Of a stretch of DNA of 8,788 nt, positions 1-8,788 are shown one piece after another (the stretch's first letter is position 1; every line of letters starts with the position of its first letter). This stretch comes from Octopus sinensis (taxonomy: Eukaryota), in contig NW_021828184.1 in NCBI RefSeq assembly GCF_006345805.1, forward strand, positions 1 to 8,788, given 5' to 3'. The notes below the pieces were generated by a model, which saw only the letters and a list, made by a program, of their open reading frames with translations, did no database searches and was not told the DNA's origin. The position numbers were made by a program, and so were the translations under genes.

Positions 1-59
1 CGCAGCTTCACCTCTCCACCCTTTCTTTACAAAAAAAAAAATGAACCCCCCACCACAAA

Positions 60-290
60 AAAAACCACTACCATCGCCGTCATCATCATCATCATCATCA
101 TCATCACATCAACATCACTATTTTGTGCTCACCCTCTAACTATGGCACCCTGCCCCCACGGCAGTGATGGTGGTGGTGGTAGTAGTATGGTGGTGAAGAA
201 AGCAGACAGTGAATAAGGGGGAGGAGGAGGCGGATTGTGATGATGATGGTAGGGGGTGCGGATGGGGGTATAGTGGGGGTGGTAGAGGTT
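60..290. repeat. Trinucleotide low-complexity block: (CAT)n/(CAC)n followed by (GGT)n/(GAT)n and G-runs
   Basis: (CAT)n ~80-105; (GGT)n ~168-195; (GAT)n ~238-248; G5 runs at 217, 252, 264 and 275. Confidence 0.85.
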
Positions 291-379
291 ACTATCTTAC
301 TTGAAAAATATCACAGTAAACCTGTTCTTGCATTCCTCAAACATCAGCCAGGTTAGACTAATTGTTGCCCACTTTTCGT

Positions 380-770
380 AGTTGTTGTTGCTGCTGTTGT
401 TGTTGTTGTCTCTCTCCCCCTCTTCTTCTTCTCTCTCTCTCCCTCTTCTTCTTCTCTCTCTCTCTCAATACTTCCCCCCACCACCACCACCACCACCATC
501 ACCTTTCCCTTCCTCTCCACTTCTTTACATCATCTACCTCTCCTCGCTTCTCTTATCTATCTCTCATCCACCACCACCACCACCACCACACTTAACCTCT
601 CTCTCTTTTCCCTCAGTCTTTTTAGTCTATCATTCACTTTCTCTAACACACACACACTCTCTCTCTCTCTATCTAATTCTCTTTCTTTTCTCACCCCTCT
701 CTCTATGTCTCTCACTCACACTCTCTCTCTCTCTTTCTCTCTCACTCTCTCCTTCTCTCTCACTCTCTCC
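380..770. repeat. (TTG)n, (CT)n/(CTT)n and (CCA)n microsatellite complex; long polypyrimidine strand
   Basis: Read directly from the sequence; explains ORFs 362-595 and 382-774. Confidence 0.95.
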
Positions 771-1036
771 TTGACTGTGTACTTACAACAAGAGATAACA
801 TTTTGAATACATTGCCCTAGTTATATACACACACTCAGATAAACAAACATTCACTCAACTCACTCACATACATACACGCACACACAGACATCAGATATAA
901 ATGTACATACATATACACTCTTGCATAATTATACACATACTCACAGACCTCATATACATACTTATATTCCTGCATAAAGCTTGTAGGCGTGTTGATTGCA
1001 TATGTGACCTGCTTGCCTCTAAAGTGAACGTGTTCA

Positions 1037-1068
1037 CATATATATATATACATACATATGTATATACA

Positions 1069-1134
<66 letters not shown>

Positions 1135-1258
1135 AGAATATATAAGAATATTTATATATGTATATACACGTGTGTATGTGTGTGTACGTGTTAATATAAA
1201 ATGTGTCTATTGCAAGATTGTGTAGGTAAGTGTATTGTGTGTGTATGTGTATATATAA
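1037..1258. repeat. (TA)n/(TG)n alternating purine-pyrimidine microsatellite
   Basis: Pure (TA)n at ~1075-1127 with CATA/TGTA variants on each side. Confidence 0.95.
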
Positions 1259-1471
1259 CCGACATACAGAGCCCAATTAGATGCATAGACACGTGTGGTG
1301 GGGGGGGGGGTGCACAGAGAGGGGGAAAAGTAGAGCCTTTCTTTATAAGGGGATGTAAGAAAAGTTGGGTGTTTATTTAACTCTAAGCGTTTGACCCAGA
1401 ACTTCTTTCATAGACCAAAGTAGTCTGTGTTCATGTGTATATATGAAGAATATGATGATGAACAGTCAAAT

Positions 1472-1498
1472 GTGTGTGTGCACATACATGTTTGTGTA

Positions 1499-1538
<40 letters not shown>
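1472..1538. repeat. (TG)n(TA)n microsatellite
   Basis: Read directly; abuts the SINE 5' end. Confidence 0.95.
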
Positions 1539-1539
<1 letters not shown>

Positions 1540-1542
<3 letters not shown>

Positions 1543-1705
1543 GCAGCATGGTTGTAAAGTAAGGAGCTTGTTTCACAACCACATGGTTCCGGGTTCAGTC
1601 CCGCTGTGTGGCACATTGGGCAAGTGTCTTCTACTATATAGCCTTGGGCTGGCCAAAGCCTTGTGAGTGGATTTCGTAGATGGAAAATGAAAGAAGCCTG
1701 TTGTA
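1540..1705 (+). mobile_element. tRNA-derived SINE with CORE-like central domain (resembles an abundant Octopus SINE)
   Basis: Degenerate A box (TGGTTGTAAAGTAAG, ~1549-1563), B box GGTTCAGTCCC (1592-1602), then GCTGTGTGGCACATTGGGCAAGT, similar to the MIR/CORE motif GCTGTGTGACCTTGGGCAAGT. It sits directly after a (TA)n tract. Family assignment is from memory of octopus repeats. Confidence 0.8.
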
Positions 1706-1758
1706 TATTATTTCTGGATGAAGCTTGTATTATTCCTGTAATTTCCTGAAACCTTTTG

Positions 1759-1954
1759 TAAACCTTATTTCTGTTGAGATGCTCCCTATTTCTTTCAGTT
1801 CATTTTAAATATAACAAAGAATTTGGTAAAATAACTTAGGAACATGAATTATGACTAAAGTTTGGTGGAAGATTTTAATTCAGAACTTTTGAAACTAGAC
1901 ATTTGTACAACAAGCCAGAGGTTGTTTCAGCCGGGTTCCTATCAAAGGGATTAA
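1759..1954. mobile_element. Degenerate non-autonomous DNA transposon (TTAA-CCCTTT ends, piggyBac-like MITE), copy A
   Basis: Right end CAAAGGGATTAA (1943-1954). Internal blocks match 4990-5224 (1766-1780 vs 5008-5022, 13/15; TTCAGTTCA at 1794 and 5037). The left end is eroded. Confidence 0.6.
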
Positions 1955-2061
1955 GGACCCAAAAAATTGATCAGTGAATTGTTTTTAGCCTCTAGTAAAT
2001 CCTTCTTTGTTTGCATATAGATTTTTGAATTAAATGAAGTTTGTATATATATATATATATA

Positions 2062-2202
2062 CAAGGTTGTCCCAAAAGTTCGTAGAAAGTCTTGGAAAAT
2101 AATGGTCTTTATTTTGAGGAATAATTTTTGTTGTTTTTGTTAGTACTTGGCGAGTAAAAATTCAATTTTCGCAAGTGTTTACGAACTTTTGGGACAACCT
2201 AA
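2062..2202. mobile_element. Tc1/mariner-type MITE, 141 bp
   Basis: Perfect 21-bp inverted repeat AGGTTGTCCCAAAAGTTCGTA (2064-2084) / TACGAACTTTTGGGACAACCT (2180-2200), flanked by TA (2060-2061, 2203-2204). The right end read inward is TA|TTAGGTTGTCCCAAAAG, resembling mariner TIRs (TTAGGTTGGTGCAAAAG). No coding capacity. Confidence 0.85.
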
Positions 2203-2258
2203 TATATATATTAGGTATATATATAATGTATAATACGTGTATGTGTATGCCTGTGTAA

Positions 2259-2582
<324 letters not shown>

Positions 2583-3716
2583 CTCTATGATTAGGCATAG
2601 TCTTTTTTGTGGTCGAAAAATTGTGAAATAACCTTTTAAAATGAAGAAGGAAGGGAATCAAACGCCATTATAATTATTATTATTATTATTATAATCATCG
2701 TTAATCACTGATGATGATGATAATAATAAGTGAAACCAAAAAATTTAATTTTTTTTTTTTGTAAACTAAAAGAAGAAATTGACAGCTGTGACATACCGTA
2801 ACATTGGTGTATTGCGACATATTTTTACGATAAAAACTCGGAGTAATTGTTATTATTATATATAATGAATTTTAACAATAACTGGGGAGTAGTGAAGGTT
2901 ATTATAAATAAATATAAAATATAGATTGAAGACGGATAATTCCGGAAATTAAATTAATAAAATATGTATTATTCCTGGATGTTTGGTGCAACCTGTAAAC
3001 CTTCTTCCATGAAAATATGTTGTACTTTATATAATTTTACATATGTATATGCATGTGTATGTTCAAACATAAACATGCATATACATATGAACATTCACAC
3101 ATACATATACAGACGTGTACATGAACAATTTAAATAAAAAATACAAGAGTGACCATCTATATCTACGTAAGAGTCCAAAAGTGATGGAAAATATTTGTAA
3201 TATATATACATATATAGAATATATATATATGTGTATATATATATACATATATATATATATATAATGTATGTATATTTAATGTCGAAGGAAGTGAAAATTG
3301 AATGCATTTATATAAATTCATCTGTATTGTTGTTGACTTAATGTGATGTTGTTAATATATAGTTATGTGTGCATGCATATATATATATGTATGTATGTAT
3401 TTACATATATATATATATATTAGGGGGGTGTATAAAAAAATGTGTTTATATATTGTGTATATATGTGTGCGTACTGTATATAGATTTTCTTGAAACATTC
3501 ACACAAAGATGTGTATGTGTAAAATATACATACATAAATAAGTATGTATATTAATATATATGTATATACATATAATATATAATGTATGTATCATTATGCA
3601 CATACGAGCATGCATGCATGTGCAAACACAAACACACACACAGATACACACACATGCACACACGTGTGTGTTTGTCAGCATAGAAATATATGGGTGTTGC
3701 AATAATAATTAATAAA
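2583..3716 (+). other. Probable 3'UTR of NR2F; 3' end undefined
   Basis: Follows the stop codon. Candidate AATAAA signals at 2907-2912, 2956-2961, 3133-3138 and 3711-3716; later ones at 4380-4385 (followed by GTTTTGTGT) and 4561-4566. AATAAA is common by chance at this AT content, so the end is provisional. Confidence 0.45.
3040..3675. repeat. Degenerate (TA)/(TG)/(CA) microsatellite arrays within the probable 3'UTR
   Basis: Arrays at ~3040-3125, ~3198-3275 and ~3363-3675. Confidence 0.85.
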
Positions 3717-3983
3717 GATACAAGTATTTTTTTAAAAATTAATTAGTGTTAGAAAATGAGTCAGCATCATCCTTGACCCTTAAAAAAAAAAAAAAAGCAA
3801 AAAGTGAGCCAGTGACATTGACCTTTGTACACCCATTTCAGACTGCTGAGCTTCTGGCATGGTTGATGTTCAGTTGGAACTTCTTGTAGGGTAAAGGACT
3901 TGCTAGAAAGAAGATAGATGTGCTGGACACACACACAAGGAAAAAATAAAAAAACCTTGAGCAATCTGGAGGTCCTAGGGCAT

Positions 3984-4173
3984 AGACACACACATGCACA
4001 TACATACATACATGTATATATGCATCTGTATGTGTGTGTGTGTATATATATATATATATGTGTGTGTATATATATATATGTATATATACATAAATATATG
4101 TATATATAATGTTAGTGTATGTATGTGTATATATGTGTGTATATGTATGTATGTATATACATATGTATGTATA

Positions 4174-4218
<45 letters not shown>
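3984..4218. repeat. ~230-bp (CA)/(TA)/(TG) alternating purine-pyrimidine tract
   Basis: Near-continuous RY alternation. Confidence 0.95.
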
Positions 4219-4219
<1 letters not shown>

Positions 4220-4278
4220 GTTAGTGATTTGGAGTTTCTCATGCCAAATTATGGAATGTATTTTCAATAAGTAATACT

Positions 4279-4535
4279 GATAATAATAATAACAATAATA
4301 ATAATAGTATTAATAACAACATCATCAACAACAACAACAACAACAACATTATGCCATCATACTTTATTAACAATTAAGAAATAAAGTTTTGTGTCATCAT
4401 ATTAGAAGAAATTTTTATTTTTCTCGTCATTGTCTTGCCCATTTTTATTTTTATTTTATATTCTTACTTTTATTGTTCTAATTATCATCATCGTCATCAT
4501 CCTTCTTGTCATCACCTTCACCGTCATCATCATTA
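4279..4535. repeat. (AAT)n, (CAA)n and (CAT)n trinucleotide low-complexity region
   Basis: (AAT)n ~4279-4315, (CAA)n ~4326-4347, (CAT/CGT)n ~4484-4535. Confidence 0.85.
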
Positions 4536-4989
4536 TCGGAAATGTCATTCCCATGAACAAAATAAATATAAAGGGTTTTTTTTTTCTAATTTTGTAATTT
4601 TTTTTCTTTTCTTTCAATCAGTAAAAAAAAAAAATATATATATTTAAATTTCATTTACTCCTGCCCTTCCCCTCCTTGCACCACACCATGGACCTTATTA
4701 GAAATTTCAAGCCAGTTCTTTTCCAAAATTCAAATGGTGTAAAATTTTCTTAAACCATCATTTGCAAATCATTGGTTGCTGTGTGCACCAGTCTCCTTCT
4801 TTCTATCAATCTCACCATGACCATCACCATCGCCATCATCATCATCATCAGTGGAGAGTTGATATTGTCCTGATTCACTGATTTTGAGAAAAATCATGTA
4901 AAATTGAAGATTCCTCAATATTTTGTTTGTTTTCTTCTGAATCCGATTTCCTGGTCATTTACCGTTATTCATAGTAAATGTTTACATTT

Positions 4990-5224
4990 TTAATCCCTTT
5001 GTTATCATATTTCTTTTGCGATACACTGCCTTTTGATTCAGTTCAATTTGAAAATAATAACAAATTTATTATTATCATTATTATTATTATTTAGCTGGTG
5101 ATTGAAGTGTGTAAATTGACAAGAAATTTCTATATAAGGTTTCCATTTAGAACACTTTAAAAATGGGATGTTTGTATCATAGAACCCAGGGTGGTCTTAA
5201 GAGTGGTTGGTATGGAAAAGGGTG
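4990..5224. mobile_element. Degenerate TTAA/piggyBac-like MITE, copy B (same family as 1759-1954)
   Basis: Left end TTAATCCCTTTGTTATCA, right end TGGTATGGAAAAGGGT (imperfect inverted repeat). Colinear similarity to copy A, with an internal (ATT)n expansion at ~5066-5092. Confidence 0.6.
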
Positions 5225-6577
5225 GATTCTGTTTTGCACAAGTCATCCTAATAGAGTGTAGAATGTCTGCAGAAAAAGAATCGTGATAATATTTACAAAC
5301 TAAGCAAGATGGTGAAAAAAAAAAAAATTCTACACCGTCTCCAGTCTAGCAGTGGCAAGCATGAAAAAAACTCTTTGGTAAAAAAAGACTTCAACATAAA
5401 ATTGTTTTGATCAAGCCAAGGCGCTTGGAGAATTTTTTGAAGAATAACCGAAAGCCGAACAAAGAGAAACCAATCTTTGAAAGAATTTCAGCTGATTTTA
5501 TTGTCCAGAAACAATTAATTTATTGAGTGATGTGACACTGTTGAATGATCTGACATGCTGAGTGATGTGGTCGTCGTGCCTTGCTGGAAGGTAAAGGTAA
5601 AGACAGATAGTGTGAGAGGTAAGTCGGAGACTTAAACCAAAGAGGCTTAGGAGGTGGGAGTTCTAGGGGCTTATCAAATGTGGGGCAGTCGCATGAAGAA
5701 TGCCATGAAATCACACAAGCAAATACATGTCTAATAATGCCAGTGTATCTGGCTGAAACAATTACAATCATGAGATGGTAATTTCACAGTGGAATGGTTA
5801 GTAGAAGAATGTTATAAAACGGTGCTAGTAAGTACTCCTGTACATAATAGAAATATATTAACCATGGGCCCAGCTGGAGCTCCTCTGATGATGGTATGGC
5901 TGAAACGAGGTCATATTCTGAAAGGTAGAAAGTTAGTGAAAACGCAACAATACCATATAAAATGTGATTTGGTTATTCATTGTGGCACCGTGGCTCCTGT
6001 TTTTATCTATTTTTCTAACTTTCACTACATAGGAAATGCAAATGAAAGCATGCAATGGCTTAGAATAAAATGCAGTTGACTTCTCCAACATGTAACATAG
6101 AAGAACCCCTTTGTTCGTTCTGTAAACATTGACCCTTCATAGACTGATGCAATGAGATGCAAGTAAAACTGTAATGTTACCAGTGGATGAGTATCACAAC
6201 AGAACTCATCACAGCTATTAACTTTACTCATATCAACAATACAACAACATAATCCATTCAAGGATCATTCCAGCTTTGGCCAAAATCCCATCAGAAAACT
6301 TAACCACCTGTGAAAGGTGAAAGGAAATTTGTTGAGAAGATAAAACTTGGTTGCTGCTTTGATAAAGAGTGAGATGTCAGAAACAGAAAAAGGGACCCTC
6401 GTAGAAACACCAGCAGCTACTTTGGGGTACACAGTGGGGAGTGAGAAATTGGCAAATATAAAATGGTTCAGATCAGATAATATTTAGGCATCATTTTTTT
6501 TAAAAACAAAGACTTCAAAAGAACCCACACAAAAATGGCCAAGAAAGGTTAACCATTACATACAATGGCAAAAAAGC

Positions 6578-7060
6578 CTAGTATATATATATATATATAT
6601 ATAATATGTATAGTTGAAATTTATAGATAAACAGAAGACAAAGATAGGTGTATGAACAACAAGCAAGTGTTATTACTCTGAGAGTAATAAGACAAAATAA
6701 ATGCATAGAGAATATATATATGCATATGTGTGTATGTGTATATATATGTGTATGTATACATATATATAAAATGTATGTATATAATTCTAAAATGAGATTA
6801 TTATTGACAGACTTTGGAGTTCCCATTTAAGCCATTATCATACTACTGACAAAACTTAATTGACTAAAACTTCGCAGTCACTGTCAATAATATATTTGCT
6901 TATGAATAATAAATTTATCAGATTAATGTAAAATAGTATTTATTATAACTGAGCATAAAAACATTTATATACATATGTGTGTATATATATATATGTGTGT
7001 GTGTGTGTATGTATATAAGCATATGTGCATACATACATATACATACACACACTCACACAT
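6578..7060. repeat. (TA)n/(TG)n/(CA)n microsatellite blocks
   Basis: Blocks at ~6578-6610, ~6712-6784 and ~6965-7060, separated by unique sequence. Confidence 0.85.
6611..6675 (+). mobile_element. Possible short fragment of a dispersed octopus repeat
   Basis: AGTTGAAATTTATAGATAAACAGAAGACAAAGATAGGTGTATGAACAACAAGCAAGTG directly after (TA)n resembles a repeat I recall from Octopus genomes. Recollection only; not verifiable here. Confidence 0.3.
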
Positions 7061-7494
7061 CATAAATTTATACCTTAATGAAAGGTGTGCAGTATTTGTC
7101 CAAGTTTGTTGCGAAACACACAAAAAGAAAAGAAACCATTTTGTAAATAAAATGTTAGGGGAGATTACAAGAAATGATGCTTTAATCAGTTGCAAAGAAA
7201 ATTATGATGATGATGATGATGAGATGATGAGGCAGATTGCAAATGTAATGAAAACACTTTTCTATCTTCCAAAAATCCATTGGGGTCTTAGATGTGAAGG
7301 TGGTGGAAGTGGTGATGAGGGACAGAAGGATTTCAGCCATGTGCTATATAGAATTTTTTTCGCATACGCTAGATGATAATTTAAAATAGTAAACCCATTG
7401 TGTGGAGAGAATTGCTTTGGGGATCGAAAGCCTTGGCTATATTCTCAAAAAAAAAATTTGGCAGGGTTGACTTTTTTCTTTTACACATTTTCAG

Positions 7495-7714
7495 CACCAC
7501 CACCACCACCACTACTGCTACTACTACCACTACTATGATGATGATGATAATAACAATAATGCCAACTGAGTACCAAAAGATTATAGGAAGTATTCAGCTG
7601 GCAAAGCACTACTTGGAACAGCTCATGTGTTGAGGAAAGTGTTGCTTACCTAAGCTGCAGGATGGAGCAAAGATATGATACAGATAAATCTGGAGAAGTT
7701 AACGTGAATAAATT

Positions 7715-7741
<27 letters not shown>
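7495..7741. repeat. (CAC)n(TAC)n(GAT)n run and (AAT)n run
   Basis: Compound trinucleotide run at ~7495-7560; (AAT)n at ~7716-7741. Confidence 0.85.
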
Positions 7742-7745
<4 letters not shown>

Positions 7746-8204
7746 GCAAATTGAGTGTAACAGGGGGGGGTCCAATGGTTTGACATACAAAAGGGTAGAA
7801 AATGATAAAGAAATAGTCCCAACCATTCTTAAAGACCGAGAAGAATCGAGAAGAATTTTTTACAAACTTCTTCAGAGAAAAGAAATATTTGAGATGCAAG
7901 GATGCTGTTGACATCCAAAGGATAAAACTTCCATATAATCTAATTTAATAATAGTAACAATTATACCACAAACAGTAATAACAATACACTACAAATACTA
8001 CTATTAATAATAATAATAATAATAGCATTTATTATTTATATAAAAAGGATGCATTTATGACTAGAAGTAATGCTACATGTTAATATGCAGGTGCTAAAAT
8101 ACATGTTACAAACACACGCATATTGTCACATACGTCAAGTCATTCCGCAACATGCGCAGATGTTTTTTGCGCATATTGTGAGGTAGATTTCACGCATAGA
8201 TATC

Positions 8205-8485
8205 AGAGGATATGTGCATATATATGTATGTGCATGTGTATATATATATATATTATATATATTTGTGTGTGTGTGTATACATTTAAGAGCTGTATCCAAT
8301 CCAGTGAAGAAGACAACAGAAAGAATATAAAATGGTCACACTAAATGCAACAGATTGCACGGTTCAAGGCTTGCATAAGACCTCATTTGCAGTTCTTTTT
8401 TTTTAACAGATTGCTACTGGGAAATGTCTTCGGATAATTCACATACACACACACACACACTATCTACATGCATTCATACACACAC
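8205..8485. repeat. (TA)/(TG) and (CA)n microsatellites
   Basis: Blocks at ~8205-8280 and ~8441-8485. Confidence 0.85.
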
Positions 8486-8788
8486 TGGTAAAAGAACATA
8501 GAAGCATGGATGGAATCTTGGTCTTTCAGAAGAATAAATATATTTCATTTTATGTAAATTTTTTCTTTATTTCTATATTTGTTTGTTCGTGTTTTTGTTT
8601 AGTATTTCCTTGTTTTGTGTTTTTTTTATTTATTTATTTATTTATTATTTTTTTTTGTTTTGATGTTCCTCAACTTTTGGAAATCTTTGAAGATAGGTCA
8701 AAGAATAACTCTTGATATAGCATTAAAAAGAACCACACTGATAAGGTAACTTGATGTGTAAGTACTAAACAATGTGTGTGTGTACCAC

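Noticed and set aside
1300-1369. G11 run plus G5/G4/G3 runs as a G-quadruplex
   Set aside because: Loops are long and irregular; a homopolymer alone is weak evidence.
362-1666. ORFs with poly-Cys/His/Pro/Leu-Ser and YI/CV runs (362-595, 382-774, 835-1053, 901-1194, 1034-1276, 1427-1666, 1431-1616)
   Set aside because: Translations of microsatellites and the SINE inside an intron; no domain content.
2656-3705. miRNA seed matches in the 3'UTR (AATCAAA 2656-2662, miR-315-like; TGCATTTA 3303-3310, miR-277-like; GCAATAA 3699-3705, miR-137-like)
   Set aside because: AT-rich 7-8-mers are expected by chance (TGCATTTA recurs at ~8050, outside the likely UTR); not supportable without cross-species conservation.
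3063-4647. Multiple 60-134-aa ORFs on both strands
   Set aside because: Dinucleotide and trinucleotide repeat artefacts.
5381-6261. ORFs 5520-5771, 5789-6079, 6025-6261 and a ~50-codon open stretch near 5381-5527
   Set aside because: No recognisable motif (no RT, GIY-YIG or DDE signature seen), no clear splice context, lengths within chance.
7837-7856. 10-bp tandem duplication CGAGAAGAAT x2
   Set aside because: Two units only; ordinary slippage, not an array or a TSD around an insert.
6975-8715. ORFs 6975-7376, 7400-7633, 7699-7914, 8123-8344, 8506-8715
   Set aside because: Built largely from simple repeats (poly-Asp, Thr, Met, Ile) and T-rich tracts; no homology recognised.

Overview
AT-rich, microsatellite-dense eukaryotic genomic DNA. 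The SINE/MITE content and simple-repeat style suggest an octopus or other coleoid cephalopod, but this is inferred from recalled repeat consensi and needs a search. The only coding sequence I can support is the last coding exon (2308-2582, +) of a COUP-TF/seven-up (NR2F) nuclear receptor, encoding the C-terminal ligand-binding domain and AF-2. Bases 1-2307 are the 3' part of the preceding intron. It carries a tRNA-derived CORE-like SINE, a degenerate TTAA/piggyBac-like MITE and a 141-bp mariner-type MITE with perfect 21-bp inverted repeats. Downstream are the 3'UTR/flank (end undefined), a second copy of the TTAA-type MITE, a candidate nuclear-receptor/CNC-Maf site cluster and a degenerate hammerhead-like motif. 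All other listed ORFs appear to be microsatellite or chance artefacts. I find no convincing new multi-gene system; the findings are modest, testable non-coding hypotheses.
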